Assembly: GCA_023150835.1 (NCBI GenBank)
Contig: JAKLKB010000002.1
Coordinates: forward strand, 62,001-126,000
Source of the DNA: Myxococcota bacterium
GTDB taxonomy: Bacteria > Myxococcota_C > UBA6777
Length of the DNA stretch: 64,000 nucleotides
Direction: 5' to 3'
Made by a program: the position numbers and the translations under genes. Under the pieces are notes generated by a model. That model searched no databases. It was not told where the DNA came from and worked only from the letters and a program-made list of their open reading frames with translations. Below, piece by piece: positions 28,993-39,185 of the stretch (position 1 is the first letter of the stretch; every line of letters begins with the position of its first letter).

Positions 28993-31923
28993 GTGAAGAA
29001 AGCAAAAACTGCGGTAGTTTGGGAAGTATCGTTTGATCGATTGGGCGAGATGCCAGAGAGAGCGTTGCGTTGGTCGAAGGAAGGGCTGTATGCAACGGCA
29101 GGGATCGCGGAAGAAAGAAACGGACGCCTTTGGATAGGGTTTGCAGATGGGGGGTTGCAATGTTTGGAGAGTGCGACAGGTCGGGAGATCTGGAAGACGA
29201 GTATCGGATATCTGCCTGTGGTGGGCGTCCAATTGCATGAGGGTTGGGTGATCGCGTGGAACCAAGGCGGCGGAGTCTTGTGGTGTGATCGAGAAACAGG
29301 GGAGAAGCCATGTGCGCGATCCTTTACGACGGGTTTGGCGGGGCCGCCTTTTTGCGTGGGGGATTGGATGGTGGTGGGGACGATCGATGGGACGGTTGCG
29401 CGGTTGGATCTGCGCAAGGACGGAAGCGCTGCGTGGATGCAAAAGCACGATCAGGGGCTGCGATCGGCTCCGAAGGGAGAAGCTGCGTCGGCGGAGGTGT
29501 CCGAACAGGGCGAGGGGCTTTTGTTGGCGGGGATATCGGGTTCGGGTCAATTGTTGTTGTGGGAAGCCAAAGAGGGCAACGTGATCTTGTCGCGTGACAT
29601 CGGAGCGACCGAGGCGATCGGCGTAGATGTGTTTGAGAACACAGAGATCTTTGTGATGGATCAGGCGGGAGATGGGGAGAAGTGGTCGTATGAAGAAGAA
29701 AATGAGACGTGGAAAGTGAAGCGGCGACAAGGCATCCTTCGCTCGTCTGCGTTGTGTGGTGTGACGCACCATGTGCCCGTGTGGAAGGCGTTTCAGGAGT
29801 ATGTCTTTGGGACGGCTTATGGGGAGGTGGTGCGCCGAAGCGTGTTGGAGGGAGTGGAACGTTGGCGGGTACAGATGCCCGATCCATTGTTGCGGTTGGA
29901 GCGGCGAGAAGGGAACCTCGTGGTGTGCGGGCGAGCGGGTTCGGTGGTGTGGCTGGATATCTGGAAAGGCCGCCCCTTGTGTACCGTTCGCTTGCCGAGA
30001 ACGCCTCAGTGGGTGCGTGTTCTTGGGGACGGTGGGATCTTGGTATCGGATACATCAGGGGGATTGTTATGGTATCGCAGCGGCTGGTGGAAGCGTACGC
30101 CGACCGCCACAACCTCGACACGGCGCAAAGCGCCCAAACCAGCGCAGCCCAAGTTTCACGACGCACAAAGCCTCGCCTCGCCGCAAGCGCAAACGACCGC
30201 ACCATCACGCCCTAACCAAGCCAAGACAGGCTCGACAACACTTTTTTGGCTGGGATGGGAAGGCGGAGAGCGCCTCGTCCCAGCCGAAGACATCCTCAAC
30301 ACCAGCGCAACAAAACGCATCGGTACGCCGATAGGTTCGGATGAATCCGTAGGGATCGAAGTATTGTGCGAGCGACTGAGCGACCGCAAGCAGAGCGATG
30401 AAGCGTCAAGAAGGTTGGTAGAGCTCGGTCCAGAGGCGCTTTCGTCGTTGTGGCCGGAGTTATCGAATGCGGGGATGTTTGGCCGCATGGCGATCCAAGA
30501 CACGATGCACAAGATCGCACAAAAGCATCGATTGGATCTGCTGTTTGCGTGGACAGAGCGGAGCATGGCGGTGTTGTTTCATCCGCCCGCGCTGGTGCCG
30601 ATGTTGGAGATGCTGTTGTTTTGGCCTGCTCCAGACGCACGGGAGATCAAGGATGCGTTACTGCCCTTGCAAGGGCTTTGTGAAGCACCTACGGGCGAGT
30701 TAAAAGACGCATGGGCGCGGGTACAGCAGCGTTATCCGTCTTTGGACTTCGATTTTTTTTCGCCACCCACCCCCGAACAAGCGAAGCGCGTCGCGCTGCG
30801 CCAAGAGCGTACCTCCAAAGCGCCCCATGCACCGCCTGCATGGGAAACCGTACACGGTCAAGCCGACGCCCAAGACACAGGATTTTTTGCCAAGCGCCTC
30901 GGCCCGACAAGCCACGATACTCGGGTGGCTTGGTCTGGTATGTGGCGCAAAAAAGCCAAAGCAAAAGAACAAATCCAATCGCCCAAAGCCCTGTGTCTAG
31001 GGGGCGTGGTGGTGGTATTGAATCCTGACGGAACGGAGATGAAAGCGTGGAACTTTCCAAAGCAAGCCAATCAAGGGATGTTTCTGCGTTGGGAATGGCC
31101 GAGCCATCGAGCGATCAGCAACTTTGCGATGTGGGAAGATGCGGTCTTGGTGCGTTATCAAGACGGTACATTGGAGATCGTTCGGGGTGAAACAGGAGAG
31201 GTGCTTTGGGGAAGCGATATACCGAGAGATATCAACTTGTTGTTGCCTGAGCGGGACAGCCTTTACACGCTGCGACAGGATCGTGACCGTTGGCTGTTGC
31301 GGGCCGAACGGATGAAGGCGTTGTGGTCGCTTGAAAAAGTGTGGGAAGTGACGTTGGGCAAAGAGCGTCCAAGCACGTTGATCTTGTCGAGATCTGGGGA
31401 TCTTGTGGTAAATGGAACAGAAGGGATGTTTCGGGTGCATCGTGCGGAGGATGGGGCATTTGTGTACGAGAAGAAACACCCTGCGTTGGGCCGATGCTGG
31501 TTGATCGGGGCTGAAGAAGGCGTGTTGTTTGCGAACAAAGCAGGGGATTACGGATGTTTGGACGATCAAGGTGAGGTGCGTTGGCAAGATCATTGCGAGT
31601 ATCGCTTGGGAGGAGCGCCTGTGTACGCAGAGGGCCAGATGTATCTGACCAACGAAGATGGTGACGTGTACGGCGTGGATGCCGAGACAGGAAAGACGCG
31701 CATCATGACCCACACAAGTTCCCCGTTTGGCGGTGCGGTGATTGCGGGAAATGTGTTGTTTGTATGCAACGAAAGCTCGGCCTACGGGATGGATCGACGC
31801 AACAACGATCAGCTCTGGCGCAAGCCGATCTCAGGACCACTGAGTTGGCGCCCGCCTGTGGTGTGGGATCGCAAGTTGTTGGTCTTTGATCTCAAGGGAA
31901 AGATGCACTTGCTGGGGACGTGA
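28993..31923 (+). CDS. PQQ-like beta-propeller repeat protein with two propeller regions
   Basis: Repeats such as LQCLESATGREIWK, VYGVDAETGK and GEVRWQ, separated by a helical middle region; AAGGAG RBS before GTG. Confidence 0.75.
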   Translation: MKKAKTAVVWEVSFDRLGEMPERALRWSKEGLYATAGIAEERNGRLWIGFADGGLQCLESATGREIWKTSIGYLPVVGVQLHEGWVIAWNQGGGVLWCDRETGEKPCARSFTTGLAGPPFCVGDWMVVGTIDGTVARLDLRKDGSAAWMQKHDQGLRSAPKGEAASAEVSEQGEGLLLAGISGSGQLLLWEAKEGNVILSRDIGATEAIGVDVFENTEIFVMDQAGDGEKWSYEEENETWKVKRRQGILRSSALCGVTHHVPVWKAFQEYVFGTAYGEVVRRSVLEGVERWRVQMPDPLLRLERREGNLVVCGRAGSVVWLDIWKGRPLCTVRLPRTPQWVRVLGDGGILVSDTSGGLLWYRSGWWKRTPTATTSTRRKAPKPAQPKFHDAQSLASPQAQTTAPSRPNQAKTGSTTLFWLGWEGGERLVPAEDILNTSATKRIGTPIGSDESVGIEVLCERLSDRKQSDEASRRLVELGPEALSSLWPELSNAGMFGRMAIQDTMHKIAQKHRLDLLFAWTERSMAVLFHPPALVPMLEMLLFWPAPDAREIKDALLPLQGLCEAPTGELKDAWARVQQRYPSLDFDFFSPPTPEQAKRVALRQERTSKAPHAPPAWETVHGQADAQDTGFFAKRLGPTSHDTRVAWSGMWRKKAKAKEQIQSPKALCLGGVVVVLNPDGTEMKAWNFPKQANQGMFLRWEWPSHRAISNFAMWEDAVLVRYQDGTLEIVRGETGEVLWGSDIPRDINLLLPERDSLYTLRQDRDRWLLRAERMKALWSLEKVWEVTLGKERPSTLILSRSGDLVVNGTEGMFRVHRAEDGAFVYEKKHPALGRCWLIGAEEGVLFANKAGDYGCLDDQGEVRWQDHCEYRLGGAPVYAEGQMYLTNEDGDVYGVDAETGKTRIMTHTSSPFGGAVIAGNVLFVCNESSAYGMDRRNNDQLWRKPISGPLSWRPPVVWDRKLLVFDLKGKMHLLGT

Positions 31924-31942
31924 AAATCGGAGGGATGGGGAT

Positions 31943-33718
31943 TTAGGGTGCGGGGGGGTTAGACAGATGTTGAAAAAAGGCGTGGTATCGGTACTTTTTG
32001 GCGAAAGCAAGCAAGGCTTGGCGGAGGGCGTCTCGTTGTGCGGGGGGAGTGGAGTCAAGGATCTGTTTGGAAAGCGCGATGGCTTGGTCTGTTTGGTCGT
32101 TTTGAAGAGAGCGATAGAGTTGGACAAGCTGCTGTTTTTTGGAGGACGACCATTCGTTTGAGATGACCGAGAGATCGGAAGGGAGATCGTTTGTTTTACG
32201 AGAAGGCGGTGCGGGTTCCTGAGCGGCTCGGGGAGCGGGATCTTGCGAGGATTGCGGAGCGGGGAGCGGAGTTTGGATCACGGGTTGGGTGGGCTGGTTT
32301 GTTTTGGTCTGTTTATCGAACGTGCCGTGGCGAGGCGAAGAGATCGGCCTTTTGGGGGCAGGAGAACCAACACGTACAGGGGCGGGCGGCGAGGGGGGAG
32401 CAGGCGAGATCGCACGACCAGCGCCTAGATAGAGGCTTTCAGGTCGTGAGCGTGGGGCGCGTTTTTTCGTGGCATATCGGGCGGGTCGAGCGAGCCGAGG
32501 GCGACGTTTGCGTTTTTGACGCACTGTGGCGGTGACTTCAGGCTTGCGCGTATCAGAAGATGGGGAAGGCTCTTGTTTGGTTGCTTCGACGTTATCGCGA
32601 TCTGAAGGGCTGTTGCGTTCGTTGTCTTTGGGTGCGGGAGCATCGTCGCTTTTGCGCTCGTTGTTTTTGTATGTGGGCCCGCGATAGCGTTTAGGCGATC
32701 TCTTGTAACGTCGAGCCGATCGGCCTCTGCGCGATCGAGAATTCGACCGATGTGCAGGTTCGGGTTCGGGCTCAGCCATGCGCGCAGGGGGGGGAGAGCC
32801 GGGTGTTGGAGAGACTCCCTCGGAGCCTGCATTTTTTTCGAGATCGGCTTCTTCTTTTTTTGCTGCTGCATCCGCGTCTGCTCGTGCGATCGGGGCTTGA
32901 CTTGGGAGAGCTTTGGCAGGAGAGGCCGCAGGAGGGAGAACAGGCTGGGGTGTTTGGGTTGAGCCTTTTCGCCCGTCATTTGGGGAAGAGGGTTCTGCAT
33001 CGCCGCTTTTTTCTGCTCGTTTCGGAGAAAACAGGCCACGAAAGAATTGGCCGAAGCTGCGGCGTTTTGCTTTTTGAGGCGGTGTGGTTGGAGAGGCGAA
33101 GGAGGGTTTTTTTTGTTCTTCGGCGGGGGGTGGGGGTGGGGCATAACGCGAAACGGTTGATGTTTCGGAGGCTTGAGAGCGCGTGGGTTCGGCGGTATGG
33201 GGGGGTTTGATGTGTCGGGCGTCGAGCGATCCCGAGGGGCTTTGTTTTTGTTGTGCGGTGGTGTTGGGGGCCTTGGCGGCGGGAGAAGGTGTGGGCATCG
33301 GAGAATGGGCCGCAGATTGGCCGGATTGTGGAGCGGCAGGAGCCACATCACGCACAGACAAAGATGGCGCGGAGGTTTCTTGTTGGAGGGTTTTTTGCGA
33401 GAGAACAAAAGTCATGCCGACGACAAGGGTCAGCGTGGCGAAAGTGGCGATCGGCTGCCAGTGTTGGAGAAATCCGCGCAGCCAAGAGTGTGCGGGAGGG
33501 GTGACGTATTGGGCGGCCTGTTGGCGCGCAGCGCGCAAGATCTGTTGATCCAACGCAGCGGGAGGTTCGTGTTGTTGGAGGTGAAGTCGGATCTGATCCG
33601 AAGTGTGACGCCACGCCCGAAGGGTATGGCGTTCTTCGGGATCAGAGGTCAGATCTTCGGGAGCTTCCGAGCGATCCAACCATTCGATAAGTTTGTTTTC
33701 AAAATCTTGACGATCCAT
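31943..33718 (-). CDS. Putative anti-sigma factor with TM helix and long Pro/Ala-rich disordered region
   Basis: Directly downstream of an ECF sigma gene; HEPPAALDQQILRAARQ motif followed by a TM helix. Confidence 0.65.
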   Translation of the reverse strand: MDRQDFENKLIEWLDRSEAPEDLTSDPEERHTLRAWRHTSDQIRLHLQQHEPPAALDQQILRAARQQAAQYVTPPAHSWLRGFLQHWQPIATFATLTLVVGMTFVLSQKTLQQETSAPSLSVRDVAPAAPQSGQSAAHSPMPTPSPAAKAPNTTAQQKQSPSGSLDARHIKPPHTAEPTRSQASETSTVSRYAPPPPPAEEQKKPSFASPTTPPQKAKRRSFGQFFRGLFSPKRAEKSGDAEPSSPNDGRKGSTQTPQPVLPPAASPAKALPSQAPIARADADAAAKKEEADLEKNAGSEGVSPTPGSPPPARMAEPEPEPAHRSNSRSRRGRSARRYKRSPKRYRGPTYKNNERKSDDAPAPKDNERNSPSDRDNVEATKQEPSPSSDTRKPEVTATVRQKRKRRPRLARPARYATKKRAPRSRPESLYLGAGRAISPAPPSPPAPVRVGSPAPKRPISSPRHGTFDKQTKTNQPTQPVIQTPLPAPQSSQDPAPRAAQEPAPPSRKTNDLPSDLSVISNEWSSSKKQQLVQLYRSLQNDQTDQAIALSKQILDSTPPAQRDALRQALLAFAKKYRYHAFFQHLSNPPAP

Positions 33719-33840
33719 CCTTGGTTCTTTTCAAACCCCAAAGTGGGGATGTTCGGGTTGATTTGTGGAAGGTGTGTCGGCGCACAGCAGAGCGCAAGAA
33801 GAAAAGTGCAGCGGAGGAAAAGGCGAATAGCAGGGGGAGA

Positions 33841-34488
33841 TCAGCGTTGAAGATCTTCGAGGGTGACTCCTTTGGATTCGAGGTGACGTCGCAAGTATTC
33901 GAGCGCGTAGCGCATACGGCTTTTGACCGTATTTTCGAGTGTACCGACGACATCAGCGATCTCTTTGTACGAGAGGTGCGAGACCTCGCGCAACAAAAAG
34001 ACCTCGCGTTGTTCGGGGGGGAGTCCTTCCAATCCGATCTCAAGGTTGTGATGTACCTCCCGAAAGAAAGTGTTGTCTTCGCTGCGTTCTCTCGCTTCGG
34101 AGTCTTCGATGCTTTGTTCGAGAGCCGGTCCATCGTCTTGTGTGCGGCTTGGTGCGCTTTGGTGAAGCGAAAGCATCACACGATGGCGTTGGCGACGATA
34201 GGCATCGATGCAGATGTTGCGTGCGATGGTGTACAACCAAGTCGTAAACTTGGCCTGTTTGGTGTAGCTTTGCGCATTTTGGATCACCCGCATAAACACT
34301 TCTTGCATCAACTCTTCGGCGAGTTCGACGGAATGAACGGATCGCAAGATAAAATTGAAGACGGGCTTGCGATGCCGCGCATACAGCCGCTCAAAAGCCT
34401 GCGCGTTGCCTTTGGCATAATCAAGCATCAAGTCCTCGTCCGTTGCCTCGGTCGTTTGAAGGGCAAGGGTGAGGGTTCCGACGCTCAT
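33841..34488 (-). CDS. ECF-type RNA polymerase sigma-70 factor
   Basis: AFERLYARH, FTTWLYTIARNICID and LPPEQREVFLLR...SYKEIADVV...TVKSRMRYA. Confidence 0.95.
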   Translation of the reverse strand: MSVGTLTLALQTTEATDEDLMLDYAKGNAQAFERLYARHRKPVFNFILRSVHSVELAEELMQEVFMRVIQNAQSYTKQAKFTTWLYTIARNICIDAYRRQRHRVMLSLHQSAPSRTQDDGPALEQSIEDSEARERSEDNTFFREVHHNLEIGLEGLPPEQREVFLLREVSHLSYKEIADVVGTLENTVKSRMRYALEYLRRHLESKGVTLEDLQR

Positions 34489-34843
34489 GCTGATGAATAC
34501 GAGAGAGAGCCACAAACGATCTTCTCCTTTCCAAAAAAGGATCGCACCACACGGACGGAGGGGAGGGGGAACCGGCCTGTGTGGACGAAAGAAGCCCCTG
34601 TGCGAGAGGAGATTTTGACTTTACCGCATTGGCAAGCAGAATCAAGGGGAAAGTGCTGGCCTGTGGTTGGCTTAAACGTGCGGATCTGCCCGTAAGTCGT
34701 GCTTGTTGAGGACTCGCTTTGCGATCTCTTTGAGAACAGATCGCGTTGTCCGAGACAAAACGCACAACCCGAGCGGTTGGTTGGTAGGCGATCCCACCGC
34801 AAAGTTCCCTCAAGACCGTATTCTCCGCAGAAAGGATCCCCGA

Positions 34844-35731
34844 ATGAAGATCGAACAACAAGAGCAAAAACGCATCTTCGCACAGATGTACAACGAGGCC
34901 AACCAACTGCAAAACGCCGATCCTGCCGCCGCCTTACAGATCTTTGAAGAGATGCAATCGCGCTTCCCACACGCCGAAGGCATCGCTCCTTGGATCGCTT
35001 ATTTGCGCAAACGCATCCAACGCTCCGAAACAGCCCCATCCACCGCCTCTTCCACATCTTCTCCCAAACTCGGCGCGGCACAACCCCTCACATCCAACCA
35101 GACTTCTCACACACCGTCTGCTCCATCCGCCCAAAGCGCTGCTCCACCCGCCAAAGACGCTGCTCCATCCGCCCAAAGCGCTGCTCCATCCGCCCAAAGC
35201 GCTGCTCCATCCGCCCAAAGCGCTGCTCCATCCGCCCAAAGCGCTGCTCCATCCGCCCAAAGCGCTGCTCCATCCGCCCAAGTCGAGATCGATCAAGATC
35301 AGATCAAACAATGGGTGCGCCAAGCAGGTGATGCCGCGAAAGAAGGCGATCGAGATGCCGCAGCAGCATTATTCGATCGAGCCTTACGGATGTTGCGCGA
35401 TGGCGGTGGTCCGGAAAAAACGCGCCTCAAGCTCATGGAAAAACGGCTGTCCATCAAGGCAGATCGAGCCATGTGCATCGAAGGTGCAAACATCTCCCAA
35501 GAGACAGGAGACTTGGATCTCGCAGGGCGTTTCTTGGAGATCGCCGTCCGACAAAACCCCCATGACTTGGAGTGTTTGCGCATGGATGTCGCGATCGCTC
35601 GACAGATCGCCACACCCCACCGCCTCTTGAGCGCGCTGTTAAAGCTTAGCGATGCTTACGAAAAAACGGGCGATCTGGTCTCTTACGACCGAACACAACG
35701 GGAGCTTCGTGCCGTTCGCGATCAGATGTAG
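34844..35731 (+). CDS. Hypothetical TPR-like protein with an internal tandem-repeat linker
   Basis: Helical TPR-like segments flank (APSAQSA)n. Confidence 0.65.
   Translation: MKIEQQEQKRIFAQMYNEANQLQNADPAAALQIFEEMQSRFPHAEGIAPWIAYLRKRIQRSETAPSTASSTSSPKLGAAQPLTSNQTSHTPSAPSAQSAAPPAKDAAPSAQSAAPSAQSAAPSAQSAAPSAQSAAPSAQSAAPSAQVEIDQDQIKQWVRQAGDAAKEGDRDAAAALFDRALRMLRDGGGPEKTRLKLMEKRLSIKADRAMCIEGANISQETGDLDLAGRFLEIAVRQNPHDLECLRMDVAIARQIATPHRLLSALLKLSDAYEKTGDLVSYDRTQRELRAVRDQM
35118..35281 (+). repeat. Coding tandem repeat, 21-bp unit
   Basis: gctccatccgcccaaagcgct repeated about 7-8 times. Confidence 0.95.
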
Positions 35732-35734
35732 CCG

Positions 35735-35842
35735 CACGAAATCCGCTCATAGTGCGATCACCAAATGTAGGGGCAGCCCCCCGTGGCTGCCTAAGAACAG
35801 GACGTCTACGTAATCTCGTGTATACATCACTCGGAGATCGTA
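35735..35842 (+). mobile_element. ~110-bp MITE/REP-like element, family 1, copy C
   Basis: ACGAAATCCG...gtaggggcagccccccgtggctgcc...CGGAGATCGTA, starting just after a stop codon. Confidence 0.8.
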
Positions 35843-35948
35843 CCCATCGTACGAAGAGAAAGCGTGGTGGAACAGACCGTAGGAAGGGGAGGATTGTGGG
35901 ATAGGTAGCAGGGAGGAGGGGAACAAGACAACAAGAGATGAACGATTA

Positions 35949-36057
35949 TGCGAAATCCGCCTATTGTGTGATCGTAAATCGTAGGGGCAGCCCCCTGTGG
36001 CCCAACCGTAGGGCATCTACGCACGATCCTTCGATCACACATCTTGCGGATATCGTA
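35949..36057 (+). mobile_element. ~110-bp MITE/REP-like element, family 1, copy D
   Basis: TGCGAAATCCG...gtaggggcagccccctgtgg...CGGATATCGTA, abutting the TAA of the 36058 gene. Confidence 0.8.
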
Positions 36058-37995
36058 TTAATCGTTGTTTTGGGGTTCGTCGTTGTTTTGGGGTTCGTTG
36101 TTGTCGTCGCCTTGGGGTTCGTCATCGCCCGTAGCGGTGGGGTTTGCGGGGGCCGAGGCATCTTTTTGGGGAGCAGCGGTCGGCTCTTGCGAAGCAGCGG
36201 GTTCGTCTTGAGCGGCGTCGTTGTTTTGAGCAGCGTCGTTGTCGGCGAGTTGCGTACCGTCGGCAGGAAGCGCCCCATCGCCAAGCCATTTGCCAGCTTT
36301 CATAAAGGCCGCAAAGTGGGCTGCTTTGATCTCGACGGTGGTCCAGAAGATCTTGAACATCTTTTTGCCGCGCTTGGCGACCATCTTCTTAATCTTCTTT
36401 TTCTTGAGTTTCATCAGGTTGTATTTGACGCGCTGTTCGGCGGTAAAGATCTTTTGCTTCTTGAGGAAGTACTCGATCTTCGCGGCAAGCAAAGCGTCTT
36501 TCGCTGCGATCACTTTGTCGATTTGTTGCGTTAGTGCGGGGAGTGTGATGTGGATATCCATCATCAACGCAGCGAGGATCATTTTTTCGGCTTTGTAGCG
36601 TGCTTTCAACGGAAGCAGCGCACGTTTCATGTCGTACTTGAGGACATGAAGCTGTTGTTTTTGTTCTTGTGTCAACGACTTACGAAACTTCATTTGCTTT
36701 TGGATGCCCGCAAGCATGAAGGCTTTCATGTAAAGCTTGTGCTTGTTGCGCTTGCCCCGCTTACCGCGACGACCCCACTTACCGCGACGACCCCACACGC
36801 CACGACGGCCCCATGCTCGGCCTTTGTCGCCACCTTTCCAGCCCCAGTCTTTGCCTGCACCTGCTTGGTCTTTGCCACAAGTACACTTGCCGGGTTCGCA
36901 GTTGCACTTGCCGGGTTCGCAGTTGCAGCCGGGCGTTCCGCAGGTTGCAGCACTACAAGCAGCTTCTTTGGCGTGATCTTTTGCTTTTCCACACTTGCAT
37001 TCACCGGGTTTGCACTTGCACTTGTCGGGTTCGCATTTGCAATCAGGCGTTCCACAAGCCGCACACGCGGTTTTCGCAGCATCGCCTGCTCCGTGATGAT
37101 GGTGTCCTTTTCCGTGATGGTGATGGCCTTTGTCAGCGTGTTTGTGACCTTTGTCGCCCCATGCACCTTTTTTGTTTTTGCAAGCTTTTTTGCCAAAGGC
37201 TTTTTTACCAGAATGGCCGTGATGCTTGTGTTTTTTCAGTTTTTTGAAGGGACAGCCGCCGTCTTGAAGGCGAAGTTTACGAGCTTTTTTGTGCAAACCA
37301 AACGCGACCAATTTGGCCATTTTTTTTGCACGTTTTTGGGCTTTTTTCATCGCCATCTTGCGGGCAAAATACATCTTGGTGAAGGCGCGTTTGTCGTTTT
37401 CAGAGCCGAAGAAGGCGCGTTTTTCGAGAAAAAAGGCAGCCTTGGTCACCATCTTTTCGCGTTTAGCGGCCATCAAGGCTTTGCGTTTTTCAGCGATCAC
37501 CTTGGTATCGGGGTTGTCGCTCATCTTGGCTTCGGCAAGTTCTGCTTTGCGCAGCTTGACGTAAAGCTTGAGGCTTTTCATCTTGAGCTGCTTGCGAAGC
37601 TTAAAGCTCTTGATTTTGCCCTTCGCTTCAGGTGTCAGGCTGGCCATCAGTTTGGCTTTTTTGATGGCAAGGCGCTTGACGTGGGCTTTTCGGGCCGCAC
37701 GCATCAGCTTGCGCATCTTGCGTTGCTTGTTCCAACCGCGTTTTTTGGCGCGTTTGCCCCAACGACGGCCTTGGTGGCCCCAGCGGCCTTGGTGGCCCCA
37801 GCGGCCTTGGTGGCCCCAGCGGCCTTGGCGGCCCCAACGATCGCGGCCCCAATGACCGGGGTGGTTGGGCTTGAGGTAGGGACATGCCACAACAGCAGGG
37901 CAAAGTCTTTGTTGTGCGTGATGATCTGCTTTTGCACTCTGGGGCAGCAGTGCGAAAGAAAGACCGGCAACGAGCGTGAGAAGCAGTTTTCTCAT
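36058..37995 (-). CDS. Secreted Lys-rich protein: two Spy/CpxP/ZraP-like domains flanking His-rich and metallothionein-like Cys clusters
   Basis: Signal peptide MRKLLLTLVAGLSFALLPQSAKA; LTxxQ-like motifs (SLTPEAK, SLTQEQKQQL, IFTAEQR); two 8-Cys CxC-rich modules; AAGGAG RBS. Confidence 0.7.
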   Translation of the reverse strand: MRKLLLTLVAGLSFALLPQSAKADHHAQQRLCPAVVACPYLKPNHPGHWGRDRWGRQGRWGHQGRWGHQGRWGHQGRRWGKRAKKRGWNKQRKMRKLMRAARKAHVKRLAIKKAKLMASLTPEAKGKIKSFKLRKQLKMKSLKLYVKLRKAELAEAKMSDNPDTKVIAEKRKALMAAKREKMVTKAAFFLEKRAFFGSENDKRAFTKMYFARKMAMKKAQKRAKKMAKLVAFGLHKKARKLRLQDGGCPFKKLKKHKHHGHSGKKAFGKKACKNKKGAWGDKGHKHADKGHHHHGKGHHHHGAGDAAKTACAACGTPDCKCEPDKCKCKPGECKCGKAKDHAKEAACSAATCGTPGCNCEPGKCNCEPGKCTCGKDQAGAGKDWGWKGGDKGRAWGRRGVWGRRGKWGRRGKRGKRNKHKLYMKAFMLAGIQKQMKFRKSLTQEQKQQLHVLKYDMKRALLPLKARYKAEKMILAALMMDIHITLPALTQQIDKVIAAKDALLAAKIEYFLKKQKIFTAEQRVKYNLMKLKKKKIKKMVAKRGKKMFKIFWTTVEIKAAHFAAFMKAGKWLGDGALPADGTQLADNDAAQNNDAAQDEPAASQEPTAAPQKDASAPANPTATGDDEPQGDDNNEPQNNDEPQNND

Positions 37996-38386
37996 GGAGA
38001 CTCCTTGGGTTTGGATGGCTGTGGGAAACGATGCAACCGCGTGCATCAAGAGAAACGGATCGGAAAAGAACATCAAAACGAGGCTGATTTTGGTTTTGTA
38101 GTATCTTCAGTTGAAATCACAAGGCAAGGGGCAAAACAACCCGCCGTCGTTTTTTGTTCCGAGAACGAAAGTGAGGGAAGCGAAGAAACAACCGAAACAA
38201 GCTGCAAGCGCGTTTCAGGCGTATTTGAACGGCATGGACAAGCAGATCCAACGATCGGTTTACCAACCCAAAAGAAGTTTTTGCGATCCAAGCCCAGATC
38301 GGCGAGGATAAGACAGCGCTTGCCAAACCAAACAACCGCAAGATGCGGTCTCCGCAAGGCACAACAAAGAACAGAGAGGGAGTGAG

Positions 38387-39163
38387 ATGGCGTTCGAGAT
38401 ATGGGTCGTCGGTGTGGGGGATGCGTTTAGTGTTCGCCACTTTGGGACTTCTTTTTTGTTGCGACGTGGGGATTTTGTGTGCGGGGTGGATTGCCCCGAT
38501 CTGTATCGTCGAGCGTTGCACACACATCGATTTCAACACCAAGGGGATCTTTTGGATGCCCAACACCTCGATGCTTTGATCTTGACCCACCTACACGGAG
38601 ATCACGTCAACGGCTTAGAGATGGTGGCGGCTTACTTGCGTTTCGGTTTTCGCAAAAAACTCAAACTATACACTTCCAAAGAAGTGATCCAAGATCTCTG
38701 GGATCGCCGATTGTCGGTCTCTTTGGGACAGATGTGGGACGGCCAACGTTATCAAAAGCTCTCTGTCGAGGATTACTTTGATCTCGAAGAGATCCCTTGG
38801 CAGGTTCCCGTACAGATCGGCCCCTTTACGGTGACGACACGGCGCACCATCCACCACCTGCCGACGATGGCCCTTCAGATCAGCGATGGCGAACACACCT
38901 TCGGCCATTCGTGCGATACGGCCTATGATCCCGATCTGATCGATTGGTTACAGCGCTGTGATCTGTTTTTTCACGAAGCGAATTTCGGACCTGCACACAC
39001 ACCCCTCGAACGCCTTCAATCTCTCCCGCTTGAGATACGAAAAAAAATGCGCCTCGTCCATTATTCCGATCTGCTCGACCTCTCGACGCTTCAAGGCATC
39101 CAACCCGCCTCCGAAGGGCAACACATCGTTGTAGGTTCGGACGAATCCATCGGATTGATGTAG
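38387..39163 (+). CDS. MBL-fold metallo-hydrolase (RNase Z-like)
   Basis: GVGDAFS, THLHGDH, SCDT, FHEAN...AHTP and LVHY motifs. Confidence 0.9.
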   Translation: MAFEIWVVGVGDAFSVRHFGTSFLLRRGDFVCGVDCPDLYRRALHTHRFQHQGDLLDAQHLDALILTHLHGDHVNGLEMVAAYLRFGFRKKLKLYTSKEVIQDLWDRRLSVSLGQMWDGQRYQKLSVEDYFDLEEIPWQVPVQIGPFTVTTRRTIHHLPTMALQISDGEHTFGHSCDTAYDPDLIDWLQRCDLFFHEANFGPAHTPLERLQSLPLEIRKKMRLVHYSDLLDLSTLQGIQPASEGQHIVVGSDESIGLM

Positions 39164-39185
39164 TGGAGAGACTGCGAGGGGAGAA

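Noticed and set aside
36550-38385. 611-aa Phe-rich plus-strand ORF
   Set aside because: Antisense shadow of the Lys-rich secreted protein.
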